Of a stretch of DNA of 64,000 nucleotides, positions 1 to 12,230 are shown in pieces. The stretch is from contig NC_045697.1 of the NCBI RefSeq assembly GCF_009834535.1, forward strand, positions 3,846,001 through 3,910,000. The letters run 5' to 3'. A program made the translations under genes and the position numbers. The notes beneath the pieces are model-generated. The model had not been told where the DNA came from, did no database searches, and was given only the letters and a program-made list of their open reading frames with translations. Origin of the DNA: Camelus ferus. Its lineage: Eukaryota. Every line of letters begins with the position of its first letter. Position 1 is the first letter of the stretch.

Positions 1-1269
1 CATTAGGAAAAATAAGCAAACCTTAAGCACTATGCACTAGAATTTCAGCTTACATTGAGGCATCTGAGGTAAGAGAGTTAAACTTCTCAGAATAACTTAA
101 CTGTTACCACGACAACGGTAGGAGACAATCTATCCATAGAATGAAAACAAAGTTCGAATTTAATGACCACACTGCCATTTCCCTTTCCCCTCTCTTCCAG
201 AAAGGCATCATGTAGAAATTTAATATGTAATCAACCTCCTGCCTCTCTAAACTCCAAAATTAATAGAGATTAGACATTTGTGAGATAATCTCCTAACAGA
301 CTCATCCTCAACCCAAAGGTCCTGATCCTGTACAAACAGGCCATCACCTACCACCTTGACAAGCCAAAGCTCCCAGAACAGGCTCAGCTTTCTCCTCTGG
401 ATCGCTACCAGCTGTGTAATGTTCCCCTCTTTGCGCCAGCCACTAGGAAGCTCAGCGTCAAATCTGCATGTAGTGTGCCTCTAGGAGTCACATGGGAATC
501 TGTGAGTTGTATTCTGGGGTATCCATTAGGCTCTGGCTTTATCTTGTCCTTTGCCCAAATTCCTCAACATCATTCTGCACACTTTAAGAAAAAAATTTTA
601 AGAGTAGACACGAACACAAAATTCAAAACGTACAGAAGAGTGTTACAGTCAAAGTAGGTCCCCCTTGCCCCAAGTTCACCCCCAAGTAGGTCCCCCTCTC
701 AGAAGCAATTCTATGATTACTAGCTTCGTAAATTGCCTTCCTGATATAGTAACTGCGTTTACAAGCATGTGCATGTATCTTTATGCACGCAGAGCACACT
801 GATACACAAATGGTTATTCAACTTGCTTTTTTAAGGTCTGCATTGTATTCAGGGATTTAACCAATTCTTTACTGCCAGGCATTTAGATGGTCTCCAATCT
901 CTGTAACCAATCTTCTTTGTAATCTCCCAATCTTTCTCAATCAATACCCTTATACAGCCATCATTTTACCTACACACTAATTCATCTGTAGATAAATTCC
1001 TAGAAGTGGAAATGCTGGATCCAAAGTACCCTAACTGACTGAGTCATTCATTAGTTGTCTTGAAGCCGCCACAATCACAATCAAGACAGAGAACAGTGCT
1101 GTCGCCCCACCCCCAATCTCATTCACACTCTTCCCTGGTGCACCACTCCTGGCACCGCAGCTTTATCTTTTCAAATATGTCATGTAAATGAAAATCACAT
1201 GGCAGGTAACTTCTGGGACTGGAGTCCTACAGTCAGATAAGACCCCTGAGATGTGCCCAAGATTGTTAA

Positions 1270-3790
1270 TATTGTGGATTACACTGACTGATTTTTCAAA
1301 TACTAAACCAGCTTTGCATTCTTGGGATAAGTGCCATGGAGTCATGCGGGGATTTTTTGGTTTTCTTTTTTGTTTTTCAAACGTGTTGCTGAACTCAAGT
1401 TGCTAATATTGTGTTGAGGATTTCATGTCTCTTCACAAGGGATACTGGTCTCCAATTTGCTTCTTTGTCCTGTACTTGTCTGGTTTTGGTATCAAGGTAA
1501 TACTAGTAATAAAACGGTAATAAATGAGCCAGAAAGTATCCCCCCTTTCCTAAAGTTGGTGTTATTTTTCTTTAAATATTTGGTAGAATTCATCAATGAA
1601 ACCCTCTCTGGGCCTGGAGACTGATTATCTGGAAGGTTTTTACATACAATTTCCATTTCATTAGGAAGTACAGGACAATGTGGGTTATCTACTGCGTCCT
1701 GGATGGGTTTTGGTGCTTTGTGATTTTTCAAGGAAATGGACCATCTTTACTAAGTTATCAAATTTCCGTACATGGAGTTATTCATGACATTCACTTATGA
1801 TCCTTTCCATTTCTGCAGGGTCTGTAGTGGTATCTCCTTTTCATTCCTCTTGTTGGTAATCTGGGTCTTTTTGTCAGTTTTGTTCGAGTCTGATTGATTC
1901 TGTTATCATTTCAGCTTTTGGTTTTACTGACTTAATTTTTCTGCTTTCAATTCAGTGAATTCAATTCTGTTCTTATGTGTATTATTTCCTTCCTTTTTCT
2001 TGCTTTGGGTTTACCTGCTTCTTTTTCAGTTTCCTAAGGCAGAAAATTAGATTTGAGAACTTCTTTCTTTTCTAATGTGACTGGCTTAATGCTATGAATT
2101 TCCCTCTAAGTACTGCATCCCACAAATTTTGATATTGTGTTCTTGTTCAGTTCAAAATATTTTCTCATTTTCCTTGTGACTTCCTAATTGTCCCAAGATT
2201 TATTTAGAAGTGGGTAACTTGTTTAATTTCCAAATTTGGGGAGACATTCTTCTTGTCTTTCTGTCACTGCTTTCTAGTGTAATTCCATTGTGGTTAGAGA
2301 ATATATTTGGTGTAATTTTAATCTTTTCTGATTTATTTTCTTCTCTAATGCAGGTTATGGTCTATCTTGGGGAACATCCATGCGTGCTTGAAAAGAATGT
2401 GTGCTGTGCTCTTGCTGAAAGGGAGAGTGTTGTCTAAAAGTCCATTAGCCTGACTCGTTGATGGTCAGTTCTACGCCCGGGCTCATTCTGTCAATACTCA
2501 TATCAATTACTGTCTAAAGGGCAGGGCTGACACTCCAGCTGTAACAGTGGGCTTGTCCACTTGTTTCAGATCTGTCGGGTTTTGCACCGTGGATTCTGCA
2601 GCTCTGTTGCTAGGTACACACACAGTAAGTATCACTATGTCTTCATTAGGTAACATCCCACCTTATCCCTGGTAATTTTCTTTGCTCTGCAGTCTACTTT
2701 TTCTGATACTAATATATCTCCTCCATCTTCATTTTGATTAGTGTTCTCATGGTAGTGTATCTTTTTCTACCCTTTAATTTTAACTATATATTTTATATTT
2801 GAAGTGAATTTCTTTCAGATAGCATATAGTTGGGTCATTATTTTTTAACCTATCCTGACAATCTGTCCGAATTGGGCATTCAGACACACAACTGGTGTTT
2901 CAGACCATTTACGTTAAGGTAAATTATTAGTATGTTTCAATTTAGGCCTACCATCTTGTTCTCTGTTTTTCCTTCCTCTATTTCCTCTTTGCTGCCTTGA
3001 TTTCAGTTTTCTGAACTTTTTTTAGAATTCCATTTTAGTGTATCATGTTTTTTACTCTTTGTGTAGTTCAGTGGTTGATGTGAGATTTACAATATATATT
3101 TTTCACAATCTAATTAGAATCAGTTTTTTAGCACTTCAAGTGGAATGCAGAGCTTTGCCATCACATCCTCTACTCCTTTATCTTATTTATTATATACATT
3201 ACATCTAGGTACACTGAAAACCCCACACAACATTTTACTTCCTGCTTTCAACCAAACGTATTTCACAGCCTCATAAGAGAACAAGGGTCTGCTGTGCTCA
3301 TCTGGACACTGACCACTTCTGTTCCTCTTCCTTCCTGACGTGTCAAGTTTCCTTCTAGAATAATGTCCCTACTGTCTCGAAAACTTCCTTTAGTGATTTT
3401 TTTTTTTTTTTTTACATCTGCTGGCAACAAATTCTCTTAGTCTTCCTTCATCTGAAAAGACCTTTATTTCACATTCACTCCTAAAGAGTATTTTTGCTGG
3501 ATATGGAATTTGGGGTTGATCGGTCTTTTCTTTCAGCACTTAAAAAACGCTCTTTACTTCCTGCTGGCTTCCACGGTTTCTGATGAGGAAATCACGGTCA
3601 CCCAAATGGCCACTCCCCAGTAAGTAATGCATTTTCTCTGGCTGCTTCTAGGATTTTCTTCTTTGTCTTTACTTTCAGCAATTTGGTTACAGTGTGTCTG
3701 GGCACTGACTTTTTTGGCTTTATTCTGTTTGGAGTTCACTGGGCCCCCTCGCCCACCAAATCTGTAGATTTATGTCAGATTTGGGGCATA
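1270..3790 (-). mobile_element. Old L1 (L1M) fragment covering ORF1 remnant, spacer and ORF2 5' part
   Basis: T-rich plus strand. Minus-strand remnants resemble L1 ORF2 (..QSPGPE.. at ~1600, cf. KSPGPDG) and ORF1 (..ESKDKEENPR.. at ~3650). Heavily degraded. Confidence 0.75.
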
Positions 3791-5149
3791 TTCAGCCATT
3801 ATTTCTACTGCCCTGCATCAAGCCGGGGGATATTAGAGGAGGAAAACAATGGTAAACTCAATCAATTCAGCAGGATTTTTTTTTTCTGCCGGGGATTCAA
3901 AGAACACTGTAACACAGTTCCTGCCATTCAAGAACACAGTGTAGTAGGGGAAAAGGGGGGAGACTGACAGTTGCAAGCAGGATTTCCAATTCTGGTCTTC
4001 TTCCCCAATCCACGTGCTACTATTTCCTTTTCAGAATCTCAAATTGCTGCTTCGTGTACTAAGTTCAAGTTTTATCACTGCATTCATTAGGAGAGACAGG
4101 TTTGAGCGTGCTTAGTCCTTCTTACTCACAACTGGGACCTGATCTTTTTGTAAGCTGGTTCAAACCCATTTTCCAAAGGCATATGGGGTGATAAAAATGA
4201 AGGAATTTATCATTTTTAAATGAAATGGAATTGTTTTAGAATTCACCTATAGGCCAGTCACCTGTACTGACCACCCAGGCTCATCCTTCCCGCTATTTAT
4301 GATGATTTATGATTTTCCGAGAACCCAGAAGTGAGAATGAGTATCACTGTAAGTTGTCCTGGATTTGCCTTCTTCTGGGATTCTCTCCTTTAACATCTCA
4401 TTGCTGAGCTGAAATTCCAGAAGGCCATTCAAGACATTCCAGGTTATACAAACCCAAACACATGTACTATCTTTGCTCCCAGGACAATGTGTTTTCAATC
4501 CAGGACAATGAAACCTGCAAGCCTGTCCTTTCCTGCAACTATCCTTGCCACAACCAGCAGCTGCCTCAGAGCCCAAACAGGACTTAAACTTTCTCCTTCT
4601 CTTTCCTGACAATAGTGCCAATCCCTCACATCTATGTACATAGTGTTATGTCTAAAAAAATCACAAACTCTGTTCTAAAGCATCCCCAAATGTCTGCAGC
4701 CCTGACCCCCTCTGACATCTGCTCAGACGACAGAGACTTTTCAAACAGTCTTTTCTTTAAAAAAAATTTTTTTAAGTGCAAAAATTACCAAAAGGAAAAA
4801 TACCAAAATGCAGACAACAGTTACTTGGGGGCATTAAGACTCCAAGTGTTTTCTTTTTCTTTATTTGCTAATATCTTATACACCTTCCACACATTAATAT
4901 AAACAAGAAGTAAGTATTACTAATTTATCTACAGGAATCCATTCCCCATTTCCCAATAACTCGAGCAACTGGGGGACCATTAAGCCATAACCACCTCCTG
5001 CCAGGCCATCCCATTAAGACTTCTTTAATAAGATTTTATCCACATGACTTCACTAGAGCAGAGGTTCAAAATTTCCTAGCAAGTCAGTGCTTCTCAAAAC
5101 TGACCATAGGTCAGATTCATCTACAGAGCTTAAACAAAAACAAAACACC

Positions 5150-5640
5150 TGTCAGACTGGAAGAGGGGTGTGAGAAAAGAGAAGTGAAGGACGATGCTAA
5201 AGTTTTAGACCTAAAAAAAGACGACTATGGCTGTGATTTACCAAAATGGGGATAGCTGCATAGGGAAAGGGTCTCACAGAGTGTGAAAAAGCAAATCAGT
5301 TTAGCTCAGTGCTTGTTAAACAGGAAACGCCTGTCAGACGTCCAGGTGGAGCTGTCCCGTAGGCTGGATGCCTGCATCTGGAGTTCAGGGCTGAGGCCTG
5401 GCTGGTTGTCATTTAAAGCCAGAGTCCAGCAGAGACTCCCCAGAGGGCAACTACAGACAGAGAATTTCCCAGGAGGCATGCTGGTGTTCACAGGGCTGGG
5501 AAGCTAAGGGCACCCAGTAACGGAAACTGAAAAGGAGGAAGCGCGTAGTGACCTGGAGGCCAAGGTAAGAAAGGCTCCCAAGGAGCAGAGGAGAAGTGGA
5601 CAAGGGCTGGGAAATAACCATTGAACCTGGCAACTGGCAG
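5150..5640 (-). mobile_element. L2 fragment
   Basis: Antisense L2-like phrases (tccaggtggagctgtcc...tctggagttcaggg). Confidence 0.6.
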
Positions 5641-6166
5641 TCACCTGAAAAACCAGCTTCAGAGAAATGTGCTCAGTGGCACAAAAATGTCTCAGGGTGG
5701 CTGTATGTACCCTACTTTTCCACTGCAACATGCACGACAGCTACAGTTATCTATAGCGTTACTGGTTCAAATCTGTCTTTTCCGGGGAAGTTGCAATGAA
5801 GGCAGGGGCCAAATAAGTCTTGCCCTTCATTACAATCCTGGGATGCCTCCACTCAGCGGCCCAAATTTGCAGAACCCAGGGGAGGACCATGGTTCCTCTT
5901 CATTCACAAGGCAAAGGACTGTACTTCTGAGACAGCATCATCATCAGCGCCCATCTGGCCAGAGCCCTGGTCATACAAGCCTGAGGACAGGAGACCTGAA
6001 GGCGCCTGTCTTCAAATCCATGCTCCCCATCCTTATTCTCAAGAGCTCCTCCAGTTCACCAGCAACTGCCAAAATGTATATGTGGTGTACTGTGGGCCCT
6101 TTATTTAATTTTCTACAGGCGTAAATGGCTATTTCCCTCCCAATAGCCAACATTCCTTCCTGTGTG

Positions 6167-6345
6167 GCGGTGGTTGTTAAATCTGAGTGTGCGTTAGAAT
6201 CGCCTGGAGCATCTGTTATGATACAACTTGTGCATCAGTGCCAGGGTTTGTTTCAGCGTGTCTGGGGGAGGGGCCTGAGAGCGTGTGTGTCTAACAAGCG
6301 CCCAGGTGAGGATGTTAGCCTGGGGCCCACAATCTGAGAACTACC
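6167..6345. mobile_element. MER5-family hAT-Charlie MITE
   Basis: gtggttgttaaatctgagtgtgcgttagaatcgcctgg...tctaacaagcgcccaggtga...tgagaactac. Confidence 0.6.
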
Positions 6346-6639
6346 GATGATTCCGATAGTTATTCTTGGTCATTTTTGTTTCTCCTAGAAAGAAAATCTC
6401 ACTGAAAGCACAATGTAAGCTGACAGAAAATTACTTACATTTCAAAATTCTTATGAAATTTGAAAAGATAACTGTAAGTAACATTTCAACATTTACTTAA
6501 AAATGGCAGCCAAAAAAGAAGGCCCAAACTGAGAGAATGTGGCCCCACTAGAGTGAAGTCAGATGTGCCCTCGAGCGCCCTGGGCAAACCACATACAGCG
6601 CCTCATCCACTTACCGGGTCTATTGATCAATAAACAGTC

Positions 6640-6850
6640 ATGACAGCCACGCCCTGAGTACTCACTCTGGGCCACACACTGTGCTAAGCATTGGGCAAAA
6701 ATACTCATATTCATTATCTCTTAATTTATAACAATCCAGTGAGTAGGAATCAGAAAGCCCATTTTGCAGATGAGGAAATTGAGAAATCACTGGCCTAAGG
6801 TCTTACACTTAAACAAGAAGAGGTGAAGCTGGAAATCACACCCAAGCCTG
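6640..6850 (-). mobile_element. MIR SINE
   Basis: Core cccattttgcagatgaggaaattgag. Confidence 0.6.
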
Positions 6851-7069
6851 CAAGTCCAAAGATCTCTGCTGATGTGCGTACTTGGACCCTCGGCTCAACC
6901 ATGGGCTCCTTGAGGCGTGCCCCCCGAAACCACTTTTGCGTTTCTGGTGCCCAGTACAAGACCTGGCCCCAACATGGCACAGTATTTGTGGAACAAGCAA
7001 ATGAGGGGCTCTATGTAGGGCTCAGGTCCATTCCCTCCACTGTGTTCCATTACTTGTTCACAGGAGACA

Positions 7070-7310
7070 ATAATAACAGCAACCCCTTTCCAACCCTCAT
7101 GACATTCAATACTGTTCTGAACCCCTGGTGTATACTCACTCAGTCCTCACCACCTTGCAGGTAGGTGTTATTATTCCCCAAATGTTAAAGAGCAGGAAAA
7201 TGAAGTTCAGAAAGGTTAAGGAACTTGCCCAAAGTCACAGAGCCAAAACGTAGCAGAGCTGGGACCCAAACCCAGTCAGTCTGACTCCAAAGTCTATGCT
7301 TTAAAATCAC
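7070..7310 (-). mobile_element. MIR SINE
   Basis: aggttaaggaacttgcccaaagtcacag...tgactccaaagtctatgct. Confidence 0.65.
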
Positions 7311-9715
7311 TATGTGATGCTACTTCTCTCAAGTAATAAAAAACATTTCCAAAGAGAAAAGGAAAAGGAATTGGGGTTTACTAAGTATCTTAATGATGCT
7401 TTAGTTCTAGAGTTATTTCACCATTTGGGATCACAAGTCCAGACACTCTGGCCCTAGCGATGGGCTCTCGAAAGTGAGGAGGGAGGCTGTGTGAACTGAC
7501 ACCTGTGACCCCAGCTCAAGCCTGGTGCACAGTACCTCCTCATAGGGGCAGGTCCCTGGCTCTGGACCCCTCTTGGGCCTTGCCAGCTTGGGTGGGGAGG
7601 ATAGGATGAGAGATGAGAGGTCCAGAGACACACGAGCAAACAGGACTCAGGCAGGACTGGATGACACATGCAGGTACAATTACATCCTTCAGTATTGACG
7701 GTTGAAGCCAGATGGTCCTGTTCTTTGCAGTAATGTGTTACCACATAATTAGCTGACCTAGTCACTTCACTTCACAAAACTCCTTTAAGTTCAAGAACAT
7801 AATCCGTGTTCACCTTAAAAAAAATAGGGTACCACAAAGATAACAAAGAAATTCAAACATGATGCTAGTGACATTAAGAGTCATGGGAAAATCTATTTAG
7901 TAAAATGTTTACTTTTCTGAAAAGTGTTGATTTATTTAAAATTTTTATAACAGCTTAGCTTCTGAGTTTCCTAAGAAATTTATAGCTGAGCTCCACATAC
8001 AAACTCATCATATTTTAACTGTATGCTATTTTAATAAGTCTACACAAAAAGTGATTCAAATTCAAAATGTAACAAACGATAAAAGTGAATTCCAACACTG
8101 ATTTACTTTGCAAGGATCCTGGGTGCAGACAACTACTATAAGGAACATCAAACAACATTCAAAACATATTTAATCTGCAAAGACATAAAAAATGAAATCT
8201 GTGCAAATCCCCCATGTTGTCCGAATCAGAGCCCAGCGTGTACTCAAGGCCTTGCCCCACGCCCTGCACCCCCGTATCTAACATGCTTAATACTCAAAGG
8301 GGCTGCAACACTCTGCAACCCCACAACTACCACAGCACTGAGCCAGACCCCACTTTCTTTCACCTGGACTAGTCCAAGAGCCACATTTTTGCCAGGTACA
8401 CCTCATCACTCCCTACCCAAGCAAAACCCTTTGGGGGCTCCCCAGAGACTTCAGTTAGAGACAGGTTCTGGGCACACTGCATCACATCACAGGCCCCCTC
8501 TCACTGCTCTCTGGGCTCACGCTGCACACAGCCCCTTTGCACAGGCCCCCCATCACCTGCCCATCCCTTCCAACAGAGAGGCAGTGGAGCAGGGAGGGCC
8601 TTCCGAGCTGCATAAGTCGCTCAGTCTGGGTCTCAGTGCGTCTTTGGTAAAATGAAGACAATAACAGTATCCTCTTCATAAGGCTGCTGTAGGTTTTAAA
8701 TGAACTAGAAACCCAAATGCTGACTCATTTAACACTAGTACACAGTCATCACTCACTACATGATCCCCACTATTATTAATTCTCTGTCACACCTTTAAAC
8801 TCAGTCTTCCGGGCTGCCTTGCCCAGCAGGCCCAAAGCGCCCTTTCAACACCTGCGCTGGGATCATTTCCTCACCAGAGGGCTGCTCTGGAGCCTGGGTG
8901 CCAAGTCACTCCTTTAACCCCAGGGCCAAGCACGAGGTCTGGCACTTACATGTGTTCACTGAACAATCGTCTGAGGCTTGGAGGGTGAGGCTGCTGGGGG
9001 GCAATGTCACAGCACCAGGCAAACAGAAGACTGTGAGGATGGCTGGGACTCAGGGCCGAGCGGAAGGTGCAGGTGGTAACAGTCAGGGCTGCTGAGGCCA
9101 CAGACACCCCCTGGCCTTGCTGTGTCTGTGCTGAGCCCCCTCCCTGACAAGACGCGCACAGGCCTCCAGCGGCTGGCATCACTGCCTCCACGGGGAGCAA
9201 AGTAGCCCAGTGGTGATGAGATAACACAGGCCTGGCCTGGCCCTGAGCCCCGTCCTCTCCCCCCGAGACATGTGGGCAGCTTCGGCCAGCAAAGGGAAGC
9301 CTGGGTATCAATGGCCCTAGCCATCCTGGTCCCAGGCAGCCCTGGAAGGATTAAGTCCCAAGAAACTCATGGGATCAGAGAGGGAGAATTCTTTAATGTC
9401 ACACACAATTAATAAAAATTTGATGATAAACACATTTGCAACTCTTAACCAAAAAAAAAAACTGATTAAATTCAATTTATAAATATCTAAAGCCCAGCTC
9501 TTCTGGACTGAGCTTTCCTATGTGCATGTTACAAGTTATAAGAAATGAAAAAAGTTCCAATCATCCACATTCTGAAGACAGATTTAAATTTTAAGTACTT
9601 AGTATGCAAGTTAAAATAAAGTTTTCCAGTTTCAAAGCCTCAGTAACGGTCATTTTTGCACAGTTCATAAATATATGCTCTACAGCATATTTCTGTGTTT
9701 TTGTATCTTGCATAC

Positions 9716-9836
9716 CTTTTGTATTTTCTTTGAATCTTTCTGAGCGTTCTCTCGGAGTGGTGCTTTTCCAAATAACTTCCATCCCAAGTCATTGTGTTTG
9801 TCAAGTCTTGCATTTTGTTTTCTAGCAAGCAAATTC
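9716..9836 (-). CDS. TBC1D14: TBC1D14 next coding exon (exon 3, 121 bp)
   Basis: Encodes (R)NLLARKQNARLDKHNDLGWKLFGKAPLRENAQKDSKKIQK, the known continuation of TBC1D14. Acceptor ttttcttcctatag|G at 9837/9836 is phase 2, matching exon 2. Donor AAG|GTATG at 9716/9715. No further exon was seen in 1-9715. Confidence 0.96.
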
Positions 9837-10119
9837 CTATAGGAAGAAAATAAAGGGTTAGGGAATTTCTGGGCATTCACAGAAACCCTAGGACAGCCAA
9901 ATCACTCTCTAACGAAAACAAGTAGACTTCCCTTTGAGAGAACAATGTAATGAGCCACAGACTTTAACTCTTCAGCTCTGGTTTTCACGTAGACACAGAA
10001 TTAAAAGCAGGTGAACAGACCTTGAATCACAATAAGTAAGCTTTTTGTTACTCAATGATTTCATGTACAAATTCTGTAATTTAGAGTAAGGAAGTGTCTT
10101 CTAGCATAGCAAAGTATAT

Positions 10120-10260
10120 CTGAAAAAGTGAGCTTTTAAGTCAGAACAAACTGAATTGAAACCCTGTCTCAATCATTTTCTAGCTGTGTGACTCTGACCA
10201 GTATATTAACCTCTCTGAGGCTCGGTTTCCCTATGTTTAACAAGGATGATTATACAAATT
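10120..10260 (+). mobile_element. MIR SINE
   Basis: ctagctgtgtgactctg...ttaacctctctgaggctcggtttcc. Confidence 0.6.
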
Positions 10261-10527
10261 AAAATTACAGGTACACAATCAGTGCTTAAAGGATAACGGT
10301 TGCTTTAGCACTTAACCTCCAGCTTAGTTCAAATTATCTACAAGGTAAATCTATATTATTAATGTATCACAGAAACTCTATGTAAAAAGGAAGCCACAAG
10401 GCCTTCTCTCCCAACAACATGTAAAGAAACGTCCCAAATAACAGTAATAAGTCCCAAGTGGCACTACAAATAAACTATGTTTTGGAATGCATTGTATTGG
10501 TACATTCATTAAACACAAAAGGTTTCT

Positions 10528-10680
10528 TGGAGGAGGGTATAGCTCGGCGGTAGAATGGGTGCTTAGCATGCACAAGGTCCTGGGTTCAATCCCCAGTACC
10601 TCCATTTAAAAAATAAATTAACAAATAAACCCAATTACCTCCCCTGCTAAAAAAAAAAAACCAACGAAAGGAAAAAAAAA
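10528..10680 (+). mobile_element. tRNA-Ala-derived SINE (camelid Vic-1-like)
   Basis: A box (tagctcggcggtag), B box (ggttcaatccc), A-rich tail, perfect 11-bp TSD AAAAGGTTTCT at 10517-10527 and 10681-10691. Confidence 0.85.
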
Positions 10681-10691
10681 AAAAGGTTTCT

Positions 10692-12230
10692 AGGGCTCAC
10701 TGAAAAGTGTAAGATGAGCATGAAGCGTCTTGTGTGCTAGAGAGAAAGTGCTCAAAGTAATACGGGGACAAGCAGCCAGATGGAAAGGGCTCTCCCTGGC
10801 TAAATCTGAAACAATGCAATCATCAAAATAAGTAATCAGAACAGGGGATTATAACCATTAAGTAAGACAGAAATCCATGAGCCCAAATGGATGTGGATAA
10901 AAACAAATTCACAAAAGAGGGAGGAAGGAAAACTCTTAGAATACACCCTAGTAAGAAAGACTGATGGAGTTAGGAATTAATAAAGCACGTGGGGGAAAGG
11001 TAGATGAAGAAAACGATTTTTGCATAGTTTGAAAGTCTCTCCCACAAGTTTCTCGTTAATTCCAAAGGCAAAAAACAGATGACATTACAGTGGAGAAACC
11101 TCCCTAGCCAAGCAATCAGAGCTGGCATCCGCAGTGTCAGGTCGGACAGCACGTGTGGCCTGCTCTGAGGCTGGGAACCACAAACCATGTCCATAGTGTT
11201 ACCAAAAATGCATCGCCAAATCTAACCCTGAGGAAACACAGACACACCCAGTCTGGGGGATAGCCTATGAAACAATGACTCTGACTCTAAAAATGTCAGT
11301 GACACAGGTGGACAAAAAAATGTTGCCTGCCATTCCGGTAAACAAGGAATGCTGCCACCACCTCTCAGCCACTGCAGCCAACCCGACAGTGCGCCCTGAG
11401 GGCACTCAGGATGGAAGAAACCGGGATACTGGCCCTAGATTCCTATTAAAGGAATAATTTCAATCTAACAAGACTCCTGAGTCTTGCCATACATAGAGAA
11501 GAACGAAAACCATTAACTTGAGATGTCTGAGTTTTTGTGATTAGCAGTAGTCTTTTGATGTTCAACTACATAGGTTTTTTTTTCCATTTTGATTTTCTTT
11601 TTCAGCAAAAACTCCTACATATCCTGGCTCCTCCCTTATCTCTTTGGAACAGTCCCTCAGAGCTATCCAGAGGCTGCCTTCCTGGGCTACGGTCCTAAGT
11701 AATGTCCTCTAGTAAAACATAATTCTCAACTTCTAGGTTGTGCTTTTTTTTTCCCCCAGTGGACAAAGAAAGGTGAAGAATTTTCCAGATTAAAAAGAGA
11801 CTAAAGAGACCTAGTGATTAAATGCAATGGGTGGATCTTGTATCACATCCCGGACCACGGGGGGAAAAGGTATAAAGACCAGACTGTTGGACCAACTGAT
11901 GCAATTTGAACATAGACGGTGGTGTAGAACAGCATTGGGTTAGTATCAAGTTTCCTGAGCTTGATAACAACAGAATGCTCTTGTTCTTGGGAAATATACT
12001 GATATTTTTAGGAGAAAGGGGCATCATAGCTCCAAGTGATTCTTCTAATGCTTCCAAAAAATTCTTATACACTTATACAGAATATACACCACACTCAGAA
12101 TGAATAAAGCAAATGGAGTAAAATGTCAAAAGCTAGTGAATCTGGGTAAAGGTTATATGGGAGTTCCTCACATTTTCCTTGCAGTGTCTCATTAAGTTTG
12201 AAATTATTTCAAAATAAAATTATAAAAACT
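10692..12230 (+). mobile_element. L1MC-type 3' end, interrupted by a solo LTR
   Basis: L1MC-like 3'UTR phrases on both sides of 11307-11765 (aaaaatgtcagt.. | ..ttccagattaaaaagagactaaagagac). Ends aagtttgaaattatttcaaaataaaa. Confidence 0.7.
11307..11765 (+). mobile_element. Solo ERV LTR (copy 1)
   Basis: ~460 bp, co-linear with 28530-28995. Ends ..CAGTGGACA. TATA-like ctcctacatatcc and AGTAAA at 11711. Confidence 0.75.

Noticed and set aside
4307..6153. 104-aa and 167-aa ORFs as a possible retrogene or pseudogene
   Set aside because: No recognisable homology, poly-A or TSD. Cannot be supported without a database search.
10528..10605. tRNA-Ala gene (also at 53.8 and 57.3 kb)
   Set aside because: Degenerate stems, a shared non-tRNA tail, poly-A and TSDs show these are SINE copies.
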